Assembly (NCBI GenBank): GCA_965287045.1
Contig: OZ336875.1
Span: forward strand, 109,740,001 to 109,804,000
Direction of reading: 5' to 3'
DNA from: Carcharhinus amblyrhynchos
Lineage: Eukaryota
Length of the DNA: 64,000 bases
In this document: one piece after another, positions 39,625 through 52,814 of the stretch
How the letters are laid out: every line of letters begins with the position of its first letter
Numbering within the stretch: the first letter of the stretch is position 1
The notes under the pieces: model-generated
What the model was told of the DNA's origin: nothing
The model's input: only the letters and a program-made list of their open reading frames with translations
Databases searched by the model: none
Position numbers and translations under genes: made by a program

Positions 39625-40290
39625 ATATTATTTAAATGATATATTGGGAAGGGAAGATGTATAAAGGGACTTGGATGTCCTTGTACACCACTCAGTGAAA
39701 GTGGAGAGGCAGGAGGAGCAGCAATTCAGAAGACAAATGCTATGTTAGTCTTCACTGCAAGATTTGAATTTAGAAGTAGAGATGTCTTACTGCAGTTATA
39801 CAGTTGGTGAGACCACACCTGGAGTATTCTGTGCAATTTTGGTCTCCCTACCTAAGAACAGATATGCTTACCATTGAGGGAGTGCAGCAGAGGTACACTG
39901 GACTGATACCAGCATTGGCAGGACTGTCCAATGAGGAGACTGGTTCAACTGGTCCTATATTCACTAAAGTTTAAAAGGATGAGAATCTAGAACCAGGAGA
40001 CAGAGCATCAGGATACATGATAAACCATTTAGGACTGATACGAGGAAACATTTCTTCACTCAAGGGTAGTGAACCTATGGAATTCTCCACCACAGGAGGC
40101 TGTGGAGACCAAGTCACTAAATGTATGCAACAAAAAGATTTTTTTTAGATTTTAATGACATCAAGGCATGAGAAGAAAATGGGAAATGGTGTTGAGATAG
40201 AAAATCAGCCATGATCATATTGAATAGCAGAGCAGGCTTGAAGGGCCGAATGACCTACTCATGCTCCTAGTTTCGATTTTTTCTATGCTT
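39625..40290 (+). mobile_element. Degenerate CR1 3' fragment
   Basis: gtgagaccacacctggagtattctgtgcaattttggtctcc (VRPHLEYSVQFWSP) and tail ggcttgaagggccgaatgacctactc. Confidence 0.85.
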
Positions 40291-41320
40291 CACGACGTGT
40301 AAATATTTTACCTCACTAACTAACCCATGTAGGATGCCAATGTCTGTGCTGGTGTTTGAGAGGGATGGATTATATGGCGATATGTTATCAGGAGGATTCT
40401 TTCTTCAGATATCTTTTGCAGGAGCTTCATCCTGCAGGAAAGAGAAAGAGGTGCTGGAGATGAAGGTCAGTTGGGAGGTAGGAGTAGTGGTGGGAGATAG
40501 TGGGGGAATGTGGGAGAATGGAGATCAAAGACTTTATCGTAGTGAAAGATCAAATGCCTTGGCAGTGAGAGAATGGGACAATGAAGCTCAGGGAGGAGAA
40601 TGGAAAGTCAAAGGTCTGAGGAGTGGAAGTTGGATTCCAAGTAGGGTGGGGTAGGGCAAGATCAGATGGAATGGGAGGTGGCATTGTGGGCATGCTTGAT
40701 TGAGAGTGGTTATCCAGGTAGGCAAGCTGGATCCAACAAGTAAGTGAAGAGGCAGTACTTGCCTTGATTTAGCTCCCTAGTTTTCCATATTCTTCAATCT
40801 AATTGTCACAGTTCAATCTTAAATGAGGAAAGTCACCACGTTATATAAAGAGTCAACCTCCCTGCACCCCGCAATCCCCCCTCCCCCCACCCCCCCGCCC
40901 CACCCCCACCCTCCCCCAGTCTCTGCTGCTTGGAGCAATATGAAATGAAGTTGAAGTGATGAATGTCAAATAAAATGTGGCCTATGAATTGAAGAAAGGA
41001 GTGAGGAGAGTACTTGACAGTTTTGCAAGAGATAAGATGTGAAAAGAGAACAGTGTTTGTCACCCTGTTTGAAGTAAGAAAATGTATTGCAGTGTGCCCT
41101 TGAGATTGTATGCTGGTTGTTATGTTGAAATTCAGGACCCTTGTCTTTTAATTGCTCTTATAGCTGTAATTTGTAGCATTGTCAACTTCAGTGGACCCGT
41201 TGCCAACTTCAGTGGACCATCTTGTACTTGTGAGCTTTCAGCAGCTCATTAATCTCTTGCCATAAGAGTCAGTCGTGTTGAAGTTGGAAATCTAATGATT
41301 TTCTCCTGTCCTTGCTCTAG

Positions 41321-41419
41321 ATCCAGTTGTGCGACTGGCCTTGTTCAAGAATAAGAAAAATAAATATTCTCCTGTGAAGCCAAAGAAAAAGATAAGTAAT
41401 CGTGTGGAATATTTCAGAG
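41321..41419 (+). CDS. LRRIQ1: LRRIQ1 exon
   Basis: cttgctctag|AT...G|gtaaaa; (D)PVVRLALFKNKKNKYSPVKPKKKISNRVEYFR; phase 1/1. Confidence 0.93.
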
Positions 41420-41509
41420 GTAAAAGAAGATACCAGTTGTAATACCAATATTTTGAGATGGGTTTTAGGTCAAATGGTTATTTGTTTTGGTCATTGTTGG
41501 AGAAATATC

Positions 41510-41636
41510 GAGCAGGATTTTATGGCCTCGCTCATCCCAAGACCGTAAAATCCAGCCTGAGGTCAACGCATCTTTTCATTGTTCGCCCCTCGCCTGCTCT
41601 GATTCCCATGGCAGGCTGGGCAGTAAAATTCCGGCC
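41510..41636. mobile_element. Harbinger-type MITE
   Basis: gagcaggattttat ... gtaaaattccggcc; core shared with 4680-4763 and 26887-27011. Confidence 0.7.
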
Positions 41637-42667
41637 TGTATGTTACAAATTAGCCTTGACCATTAATGCAAAATGTGTTCTATTGCATGGACTTCCTATT
41701 GTACTGCTCACCAAATAGTCAATCCTATTGAAGTCAGTTGGCATTTAATGAGCAATTAATGTGATACTTCCTTTTATGCCATTGAGACACATTTATGCAG
41801 CATTGTCTTTTGCATAATATTTTATAAAGATCAATGATAATAGTAGGAATGATGTAAGAGGCACACTTGCATTTGTGCTAAAATGTCAGTATTGTCCAGA
41901 GATGCATCTATAATCAGGTACAGTGTCTGAAATCTGGATATCTAGAACCTGGCAGTGTCCAAAAACTGGAAAAACTTTAATGTTTCTATGCATGATAAGG
42001 GAAATTGTTGAGAAGAAACAGCAGCTTTTTTAAAATACCACAAATAGTATTAATGGTATGTTGAAGAAATTCTGGTGCAAGGGTGATCCCTTGGAAGCCC
42101 GTTGTTGGTTTTGCATGGGTGCCTGATTTGATCTTCAGGGTGCACATGGAACTGTTGATTTCTGATCATGGAGTTGATTGGTTGTAGGGTTTTCACACAG
42201 CAAATGATTTTGGAGAAGTTCAGCAGCTTGTCTATATGTCACACTATGTGATAGACACAGGATTAGGCTTTCTGCCTTATCTAAAAACAGTGAAGGAGAG
42301 CTTCAGTCTCCAAAATCTTACTACCTGGACCTGCTTTCTTTGAAAACTATCCCAGCCTTGCGAGCTTTCCTATCAGATCCACACAAACTGGATACAGGGC
42401 TTAATAACCACATCTATGCACTCCTCAAAATGGATCACCCCTCTGACAATGCAATAAGAAAATGAGGCCCAGTTTGATCCCACTTGTCTTGCATATGTTG
42501 CTGCCCTGTGCTTGCATTTGATATAGATGCAAAACACTCAAAAATGCCACACATATTTGGATGCTGATCTGCCCTAAACAATGTTTTGTAAATTCAGTAT
42601 ATTAAACATTTAAGTACATTATCAATAATAATTTTTTTCTGTTACTACGGTGGCAACTTATGACTTG

Positions 42668-42982
42668 TGCGGCATGGTAACACAGTGGTTAGCACTGCTG
42701 CCTCACAGCACCAGGGACCCAGGTTCGATTCCCGGCTTGTGGTACTGTCTGTGTGGAGTTTGCTCATTCTCCCTGTGCCTGTATGGGTTTCCTCCCACAG
42801 TCCAAAGATGTGCAGGTTAGGTGGCTTGACCGTGCTAAATTGCCTTTTAGTGTCAGGGGTCTAGCTAGGGTAAATGCATGGCATTATGATGATAGGGCCT
42901 GGGTGGGATTGTGATCATTGCAGACTCGATGGGCTGAATGGCCTCCTTCTGCACTACAGGGATTTTACTGCGGGGATTCTAA
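42668..42982 (+). mobile_element. HE1-type SINE
   Basis: cacagtggttagcactgctgcctcacagcaccagggacccaggttcgattccc head; gggctgaatggcctccttctgcact tail. Confidence 0.9.
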
Positions 42983-43572
42983 GTCTTTGTTTTAAGTTTG
43001 TCCTTTGTCCAACATTCCCAATATTTACCATGCAGATTCAAAATAGCATGAGAATATTAAAATTGTGCTAGCTTATTGTGCACAAAGAATCATAATAAAA
43101 CATATTTTGGGATTAAAGATCTTTAGTACTTCCAACAAACTCAACAACTCATTTCAAGCAGGAGCGTGAAAGGAGGATCATGAAATAATGCATTAGTTAT
43201 GCCAGGTCCTACACTTTTCTTAGTGTTTACGTGGACTCTTATAATGATCAGAGATTTTACTCACTCCAAACATGTCAAATTATGTAAAGTGGAACATTGC
43301 TAGGATGGGGACTCCCAATACTGAGGTTTGTACATTCATAGCACTGACAGGCGAATATGTTATGGAAACCAGTCAATCTACTGAATATTGAATCTGGGGC
43401 CAATATGGTGGTTTGCACCAATGTTGGACCTTCTAAAAATCAGAAGGTTTTTTTTAGTCTCTCACCTTACTTTATGACGGGGTCACAGAACTGACTCCCT
43501 TAGTACCCTTGCCTCCCAAAAACAATGTATTCCATCTCTGTTTGCAATCTAACAGAAGAGGTATCTTCCCAA

Positions 43573-43897
43573 AATATTTTTTTTAATTTTATTCCAATCC
43601 AATCAAGTCAAATTAAAGCCAGTTCAGAGTCCCAACAAGTTGGGACATTCCCGATCCAAGCTGACAAGACAGGGCTGTCACCTCCTGTCTTGGGCTTGAT
43701 CTACATGATCCAAGCTGATTGGAGTAGGTGTAGCTCCTCCTCCAAGGATTGATCTAATTTGCATCTTAGCCAAAAGGCCAAGATGCCGCTTTAAAAAATT
43801 GCTTCAAATGAAGCTGAAATGTAATCCAATGACTTCAACCAAGCGCAGCATGTCGACACTACACTTGATCTTGGCCAAAAAGGCCTATAGAAATGAT
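43573..43897 (-). mobile_element. U2 snRNA-headed short retroposon (SINEU/Keno-like)
   Basis: Minus 5' end atcatttctataggcctttttggccaagatcaagtgtagt ~ U2 nt 1-37; internal second U2-like copy at 43763-43786; aataaa plus A-rich tail; cccaa on both flanks. Confidence 0.7.
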
Positions 43898-46800
43898 CCC
43901 AATCAACCTGCCTGATCATTGACTCTCCCTGCGACATGAGCAACTGTCTGCTTTATCAAATTTAAGTTACTTCGTTGTCCCAGATTGTGGCCTTGTGGGT
44001 TCTGACCCATTTTTCAGTGCTTACCCTTATTAAAATGTTGTCCCTTTAACAATATTGAATAACTGTATATCATACATTTTTGCTGCTTATTAAGTGTTTT
44101 TCATAACCCTCATAACTTGTGTGTTAAGCTTGGGAGACAATATGGAGAGCTTTTATTTTATTCAAATTCGTAGTCTCTACAGGAGCTATACAAAATTTTT
44201 CATTCAATTTATAAAGGCTAGTATGAGATAAAAACTGTCAAAACCTACTCATCCAGTATTGTGTTCTCTCTCAGCTGATCATTTTGCTTCATTGAATGCA
44301 AATTTTACAGAAGTCCATGGTCTAAGTCATTCCACCCTCCAGGTTGCAGCAGGAAGCTTGGGTGGCATTCAATCTTGGGGCCCAAAAAGGGTAAAAGGAC
44401 AGTGTCTTGGGGAACAGGGTGGCGAGGGTGTGGAGGGGAGACAATACAATGTGTGCAACACTCAATTCTAACTTCTGAATTAAATTTGTCATTGTTTCAT
44501 TTTGAACTTTTCTAAAGCAATGGCTGTGCCAGTTTCTTTTTAACAAAATGACAGTTTGATTATGCAACACATAATTTTGGAAAAAAAATGACTGGGGGCC
44601 ATCAACTGTCAAAACTATTATTAAAGCAGTTACAATAGAGAGTTGAAAGTGTTGAAATGAGAAAAAATTGTTTATGAAAGCTGTTTTTCAATTCCTTTCA
44701 CATCTGTACAAGACAGTTGTAACATAGTTGTGCGTAATCAATGAGTGAAATATATAAGTTTGTGAAACTATGGATTTAATGGCTCTCTTAGGGAGTAAAA
44801 TGATAGGGACTTCAAGCAGGTAGATACAGCCAGCAAAATCTAGAAAAGAACTAGAATAACATAAACACATGGAGTTGGATAACTTGGAAAAAATCTGTGT
44901 TGTGTTTGCGTTAATCATCTCCAGAAGAAATCTAAACTGATACTTGAAACATAAGACTTCTTGGAGAAAGCAGCAAGGCCTGAGGCATTGGTGATCTCAA
45001 GGAGCTCTCTATGGGTCAGAGCCACTTTTCTGGCAGAGTGCAAGCCTAGTTCACAGCATTGCCTCTCAGAGAACTGTAAAACACTGCAGGAGTTGTGCTA
45101 TGTATGCACACAGTATTTGGTTCATTTTCTTTTTGGTTAAATGCCTTGTCACTTGTTAAAGGATGAAATCTGAAATGAAATGTGTGCCTAACTTTCTAAG
45201 CATCCATTCAGCAAATTATGACACTGATTTCCTGAAGATTTATTATATCATCATTTGCATTTTGTATTATGTTAGCCATAAATAGTGTTTAAAAGTTTTG
45301 CCTTATTTAAGAAAAAAAATGAAAATTTTGAAAAGTACGCTCACAAATGAAGTATGTCAGGAAAGGTTCTGTGCTGCAGATAAATATGATTTCATAGCAT
45401 TGCATTTTATGATCCTATTAATACTTGTCCACAGTACATCCTAGGTAAGCTGACAAAATAATAGCCAACTTGGAGCCTACAGAGGTGGTACTTAAATTTT
45501 GTTAAGATGTTGACTCCTACATATTATCAATGTTATTTTCTATGAAACAAAATGCCGGGTAACATAGGAATACTCATAATCCTTCCTGAAGTGCCTTGCA
45601 AGAAAGCCAACTGTACTGTTCGTCCCTCGTTAGTTAATGATAAAAACAGCTAGTTTTCACACAAGAAAATGTTTCCATATTTTGTCAATAATTAACCCAA
45701 AGCATTTCACAAAAGAAGTGCTCATTGGTTTTCCTTTATTGTATCAGGTTATAATGTTCAGTAAATTAGCATCATGATTTATGATTAATGTTAATGATTT
45801 ATTTTATATACAAGATGGCGACAGAATTGGGAGTGACATGGAGCCAGTTAGTGGTAGAGACTGCTAGAGCACTGTCAGGCTGACAAAGCATTAGAAGATA
45901 TTTATGAGACAATTTAGCATGGTAATTGTTGATGGAAAACATGGCCAAGAATCATAATAGGCTCTTGGATTACAAACCTACATTATATACAATATTTGAG
46001 TAATGTATGGAAAACTTGTTGCTGCTGGAAATGTGCCCAGCATATTGGTGTTTACTACATAAAATGTGCTTGATTTTCTTTTATTTTTGATCTAATGTTT
46101 CACATTTGATTACATAATTTTGAAAATATAGCATTTGGACCGTTAGAACACTGTAAGCATGCTTTTTCCAATACTTCAACCCTGTTTTAACCTGGGGCAC
46201 ATGTGCAGAGAGTGTAACATGTAACATGTTCACATCACGCTACTGTGTGAAGACCAGAGAGACTTTAATTGCTGATTATGTTCAAGTTCCAACTCTGGCT
46301 GAAATCCAGCGGAAATCATGATTTGGTCAGCGGGTGAGAGCAGGATTTTGGATGGCTGATGGCCATCATAAGGGATCCAAAAGAACTGTACCTTGGAGCA
46401 GGAGAAAGCCAGAGTTTTCTTGTGGAGTGCAAAGAAACACTCATATCCCTCCTGACTAAAACAAATTCCATCCTGAGCCTCGTCTGGCACTGACTTTTTT
46501 TGTTGCCAGGTTTCTTTGGTGGCACTGACACCAGCTGAGACTCATCTGACTGAATTAAAAGCGCATCAATGTCCTGTTTGCAACACAGGACTCCAACTTT
46601 TGCAAATATATAAGGCAATGAACGCCTTCGATGGAAGTTAAATTGATGGCAGTTAAGAATACAGTGTGACCGGGCAGGTAATTACTCTGTCTTTATTTTA
46701 ACTCCCATGCGTATCCTTGGGCACAAATGGTTAAAATGGGGGCTTTTTTGCAGCTGCTCCCAGTCAAGTAGGACTTCAGGACAAGAAGCTCTCATTCAAA

Positions 46801-47296
46801 ACAGGCAAAAATTTTACTTAAATATGCTAATTAAGCAAAAATACAATTCACCAAAACTCATTCAGGAATTTTGGCTGTTTTAAAAATGCATTGTCAACCA
46901 GAAAGTGTTATGCTAAGGCAAGTCAACATTTAATGTGAACCCCTAGATATTTTCATTGTAAAATTCAAGCCTGTACTTAGAGAATGCATTTCAACTGAGG
47001 GTTAGCTCTGGGTATTTAATTTTGAACCCACTTTATTTTCATTGTTTTTGTGGCAAACATCTTGGTACTTAAAATGTATTCATCCCACCACAGCCATCCA
47101 TCCCAATCCTTATCATTATCACCAGGCCCCCAGAACTGCTGTTGCTGATCAGAAAACCAGCAATGGCACCAGAATATCCACCATCTGAACAATGAGATCC
47201 CAATGCAGTAACTCAGTGCCATTGTGATTTTGAAAGTGACCTGGAAGTCATGGTCAGTAATTCTGGTCTGAGAGGGCATTATCCAATATGAGATTA

Positions 47297-47430
47297 TTTT
47301 GATTTGATTTATTATTATCACACATATTGGGATACAGTGAAAAGTATTATTTCTTGCACACTGTACAGACAAAACATACCATTCATAGAGTACATAGAGG
47401 GGAAGGAAAGGATAGGGTGCAGAATATAGA
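47297..47430 (-). mobile_element. Rex-Babar-type 3' tail fragment
   Basis: tttgatttgatttattatt...acagtgaaaagtatt; same family as 8795 and 50210. Confidence 0.7.
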
Positions 47431-50212
47431 AATGTGTGAACACATCACTTCAACTTATCAGCAAAGTTGACTACTACTTTGTGAGTCTGAACATATTTTT
47501 GTAAGCTGTATACACTAAAAGAGACTCACAACAGCAACATAAACTATTACTGACTAGCTTTATTGGGAACTGAAAGTATCATGCTGATTGAAGAGTTTTG
47601 GTGGAAGTCACACTCTTTAGATCATGTTGGGTATTTCAGTATCACATTGTGAAGAGAGCCCACTGTCATTAATTACCTGAGGAGACAAAGAAATCCTAAT
47701 TCCATCTTTTGCATGTATTTTTTGTTCATGAGTTGTTAGAATTTTAAAATACAGTAATACTCACATTATGAAAAAGTGAAAAGCAAATGAATTTTGTGCA
47801 TGCCTCCATCTAAATTTAAGAACAGTCAGCGTTACTTTGCAACTGAAAACATAAATACCTGCTTGTGTCCACTTTTACCCTGCAGCTATCTGCCGTTGCA
47901 TGAAGAGGTTTTGATCTGCATTAAAGACTGTTAATTTTAGCAAGTTTTCTGCTGCACTTGCCAGTGAGGTGCCAGAATGTTTAGACTCTTTTCTAAGCTT
48001 TGTTAAAAATAAACATGGAAATCTGCCTGCAGGTGTTTTGATGGCCTCAGATCAGAGCGAGATTTCCTGTTTTAGTTACGCAAATATGCCAAGCATCAGA
48101 GTTGATGAAACTGGCAAAATAAGAGGCCAGCAAAATCCATGGATTACCAAAGCATAGGCATACTGATTTTAATTTGTCGTAAATAAAAGGAATTTATTTA
48201 ACTCAATACCTTTATTATTTCTTGTACAAATTACAAAAGACTTAACTGCAAATCAACAATCAAAGTCCATCTTCTTGCATCCCCTCCATATGTTAAACGT
48301 TGTACTGTGAAAATTGGAATGAAATGTTTTCATAACTTTTTAATTATAGTTTATGCAGTAGCTGGCAGAATTCATTTGATATTTTCATCTTGACAGTGGA
48401 ACTTAACATATTACATGTTGAATATTTTTTAAGCAACTGAGTTTAACAAGCTATTTTTAACAAACTTAAATCAAAGACTTTTTTGCAAGATGCATTGCTG
48501 ATGATCTAATTACTCGAGTCATTATTATTCCTGGTAATGGTAGGTTGAACATAAGCAGTGGGATTTTTGGAATAATCAAAAGGCAAGGACCCATGACATT
48601 ACTTTGCAAAATCACTAATGTAAAGTGTTCCAAGTGAATCTTGCAATTCTCCGGCACCCCTTTAACAGGTGATAACCCAGTATTATTAATTTTTTTTTTG
48701 CACATCAATTTCTTAGGATTGAATCAGCAAATGTTAAAGGTCTTTGTTGAAGCTCATTTCCAGCTAATTACCGGACTTCTCATGTTTGTTCAACTCTTTC
48801 TTTATATTTATAGTTGCATAAAGGACTTAGATTTAAAAAAAACCATAGAAGCATGTCTTTAGAATAAGAAGTGGTGCTCTTCACAAAACCTCGGACAAAA
48901 TTTAACCTGCAGATGACCTTGTCTTGTTTATTCAGTAGGGAATTTCTAAGCAATGCATAGAGTGTCTATTATTCTCCTTTTTGAGAAAATTAATGACAGA
49001 TGGTCCTGATCTCAATGACTGTCACTGACATAGCTCTGAATGACTTCATTCTTTAATATCACGACATTGTTTCTGATGCAGAGATAGTGACCTCCGATTG
49101 TACAAGATCCCTTAAAGATCTGCGTGATAAGCCTTCAAGCACAAATATTCTTGGTGTAGGAATCTGTTACTATTTCAACTTACCCTAGAAGTTACTAATC
49201 CAGGAGACTGAAAAAGGATAGCAAATTATTTGCAAATCAGACAAGAGTGATATATTTTGTGATCCAAAATACACAGCATAGAAAGAAAATAAAAACAAGG
49301 CTTTCTGACAAGACTTCATTCTGGACAATCCAGTTAACTTTCTTATGGTTGTCTGTCACTGAATTTGTATTTAACAAGGAAGCTTTCAGTTTCAAAGCAC
49401 AAACCTTAATGTATTAATGGCAAGAACTTAACCCTCAACTGAGAATGAGAATTATTAACAGTTTTTTCAGATTCATTGCTGCATGTATACGTGTCAACGA
49501 TCCAGATAACTGATGGTTTTGAACATATATTGTTTTCCGTTTGCATAATAAAAGTCATTAAGGTGCTTCGAAAAAAATAAAGAGGGGCAGTCACTGAAGG
49601 CATGCTATGCCAGATGCTATGAGTCAGTCGTCATTGAGAATGAAAGGATGCAGAGGATGTTTATTTTTACCCATATCAGTTTAAATAAAAGCAGCTTTGC
49701 TAAAGAAAAAAATCTGATAAGAATAAGATCATCTTTGATCACATATGGATTGCTGCCTTTTACTCCTTCATTGCTATGATTGTGAAATCCTTGAAAACCT
49801 TCATAGATTTGTGTCTTTATGGTCCTTTTACATCCAGAACATCCCTTGTTTCCACATAACATGCTTAATAAAGATTTGTTTTTGGTGTAATGTATTGTTC
49901 CTCGGTTTATCATTTTGTATCTATACACAGAATAAGAATCAGTTGCTGTGACATAAATGCCTTTGGGACTATGTTCATTATCTGTCATTTTGGGCATGTA
50001 AAATTTTTACTTTTAAGAATAAATCACAGTCACTCTATTATAAAATATAATATATAGTGTAATATATCCTTTTAATGATAATAATGAAAGGATCTTGACT
50101 GATAACTATGCGGTAATCAGTTGCTTCTTCTAGTAGTTTACTGTGATGTTAACCCATGCACTTTTATTGCAGCCACTCTTCAGAACTGATTATGTAATTT
50201 TTTTAATGAAAA

Positions 50213-50750
50213 GTTTGATTTGATTTATTTAATTTGATTTATTATTGTCACAAGTATTAACATACAGTGAAAAGTAAAGTTTCTTGCACACTATACAGAT
50301 AAACATACCATTCATAGAGAAGGAAATGAGAGAGTGCAGAATGTAGTGTTACAGTCATAGCTAGGGTGCAGAGAAAGATGCAAGGTAGGTCCATTCAAAA
50401 GTCGGACAGAGGTAGGGAAGAAGTTGTTCCTGAATCAGTTGGTACGTGACCTCAGACTTTTGTATCTTTTTCCCGAAGGAAGAAGGTGGAAGAGAGAATG
50501 TCTGGGGTGAGCAGGGTCCTTAATTATGCTGGGTGCTTTGCCGAGCGGGAAGTGTAGACAGTCAATGGATGGGAGACTGGTTTGCATGATGGATTGGGCT
50601 ACACTCATGACCTTTTGTAGTTTCTTGCCATCTTGGGCAAAGCAGGAGCCATACCAAGCTGCGATACAACCAGAAAGAATGCTTTCTATGGTGCATCTGT
50701 AAAAGTTGGTGAGTCGTAGCTGATATGCCAAATTTTCTTAGTCTTCTGAA
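50213..50750 (-). mobile_element. Rex-Babar-type LINE 3' fragment
   Basis: ORF 50435-50731 LTNFYRCTIESILSGCIAAWYGSC...HPRHSLFHLLPSGKRYKSL; (aatca)n tail. Confidence 0.88.
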
Positions 50751-51154
50751 AAAAGTTTTCTCCTATGTCTAAATCTGGATTACCAGGACAAGGAGTGCCT
50801 CCCAGTATTTTAACATTTTTCATTTGCAAGCTTAAATAGAGGCCATCAAGAGGCAAGCTAACTCGATCATGTTGGTAAAGGCAGGGGTGATAAGAACAGA
50901 GTACAAATGCCTGAATTGGGGTTTATATGGAGTGGAGTTGGAGCATGCAGGAAGGAGGGTGTTGGAGAATCAAATTTTCAAGTGCCAAAGGCATGGATGA
51001 GGGTTTTGGTGATAGTGAGAATGCTTTGGATCACATCACAAATAACTTTTAAAAAAATGAGAAATAAGATTTAGATTTTAAAATCACTTTATTAAGACCT
51101 GAGGTTACTTATTTGCCCAGTATCAGATATAATTTATTCTGCTTTTTCATTCAG

Positions 51155-51284
51155 CTCCTGAAGAACATATTCATCAAAACACTACCTCAGCAGAGACACT
51201 TCAAAAGAGCAGAGAACTAACCTACCAATGGCTTCACACACAGGTGGTCAATGATGAACAAAAGAATTCCAGAATGGTGAAGAG
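51155..51284 (+). CDS. LRRIQ1: LRRIQ1 exon (last recognised in window)
   Basis: tttttcattcag|CT...AG|gtaaga; (A)PEEHIHQNTTSAETLQKSRELTYQWLHTQV; phase 1/2; the next expected exon was not found before 64000. Confidence 0.93.
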
Positions 51285-51619
51285 GTAAGAACTTTTTGTT
51301 TATTTGACAAATGATGTGAATTTTGCAGTGTAAATGCAATTGATGACAAACCAAAGCAATTGATGTATTTTTGTATTCTGTAAACATACAGGCATACAAG
51401 ATAGATTTTCAACTCTCTGTCTAACATAAAACTGGCTCTTTTTTAAGGAAATTGCCTAATCTCACATTCCTATAATAGTTGGCTAATCTACAATGTCAGT
51501 TCTATTTCAGGCTAGCCAGTTAAAGATATACCCCTATGTGCATTGTCCACGTGCCCAGACTAACTGCTGAAAGTTTAAAAAAAATGTATATGGTAACTAT
51601 TATTGATCTAGTTATGCCA

Positions 51620-51761
51620 GAACATAGAACATAGAACACTACAGCGCAGAACAGGCCCTTCAGCCCACGATGTTGCGCCGACCAGTTTAAAAAAAACAAT
51701 GACCCACTAACCTAAATCAATCCCTTTTCATCCATAAACCTATCCACGGATCTCTTAAACG
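51620..51761 (-). mobile_element. Short 3' copy of the same young CR1 subfamily as 34514-36960
   Basis: Near-identical agaacatagaacactacagcgcag...ctatccacggatctcttaaacg. Confidence 0.9.
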
Positions 51762-51849
51762 TATGTAAAAATATGATTCGATAACGAAACTTCAATGTCG
51801 CCAGCCATACTATCACCCTTCCCCCTCCCTCCCACCTCAGACAAATGAA

Positions 51850-52172
51850 GAGTTTAAAGTTTATTTATTTCTTAGTCACAAATAGGCTTACATTGACATT
51901 GCAATGAAGTTATTGTGCAAATCCCTTAGTGACCACACTCCGGCGCCTGTTCGAGTATACTGAGGGAGAATTTAGCATGGCCAATCCACCTAATCAGCAC
52001 ATCTTTTGGAATGTGGGAGGAAACCAGAGCATCCAAAGGAAATCCACGCAGAACTGGGGAGAATGTGCAGACTCTGCTCAGACAGTGTCCCAAGCCCAGA
52101 ATCTAAACTGAGTCCCTGGCGCTATGAGCCAGAAGTGCTAACCACCGTGCCGCTGCCCACTGTGCCACCCGC
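51850..52172 (-). mobile_element. tRNA-derived SINE (HE1-like head, different taaa-rich tail)
   Basis: Reverse: gcggcacggtggttagcacttctggctcatagcgccagggac...; tail aataaataaactttaaac. Confidence 0.75.
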
Positions 52173-52814
52173 ACATGATTCTGGTGCAAGATCCCCGTGG
52201 TTCTGACATTTTCCACCTTGTAAAAAAATCACTTCTCCTCATGTTGAACACAACAGCTGTGCAACAGACAGTTTGAATTTGCTGTTTTCATGTCACTTTT
52301 ACCCCCCTGAAGCAGCTTAATGGGTCAGTAATCGGACGTGAGTGAGTTCACAATTCCTCTCTCCTCCATGCCCTCACTTTGAAAATTAGAGTGAGTCCTG
52401 GATGAGGATCCAGGGATGCCTTTTAGAAACTCAGTTTTTAAACTGTTCCCCCACACATTACTTGACCCTCCCAGCAATTCAAAATCCAGCCCAATATGTT
52501 AAGTCTGTGACCTTTCATCAAAACTGGGAAAAGTTAAAAATGTAATAGGCTTTGAGCAAGTGAAAGACAGAGGGTGGGAAAAAGAACAAATTAAAAGTTT
52601 TGTGACTGGGTGCAGAGCAGGAGAGGTGAAACTGCAAAAGATTTCATGATGCAGGAAGAAAGGGAATGGTTGTGGGACAAGTGAAGAAACAAAAGATGTG
52701 TCTACAGGAGGTGTGAATTATAGAATCATGAATATTTACCATCCATAAGCAAAGAACAGGAAATAAGAGAGGAACAAGGGAAAAGTACAGCAAAGGAAAA
52801 GGAAACAAAATATT

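Noticed and set aside
41180-41218. Short tandem duplication caacttcagtggacc x2 (similar case at ~21922-21946)
   Set aside because: Ordinary slippage duplications with no sign of function.
43763-43897. Functional U2 snRNA gene
   Set aside because: Only nt 1-37 and 4-27 are present, with substitutions; no Sm site or 3' stem-loops.
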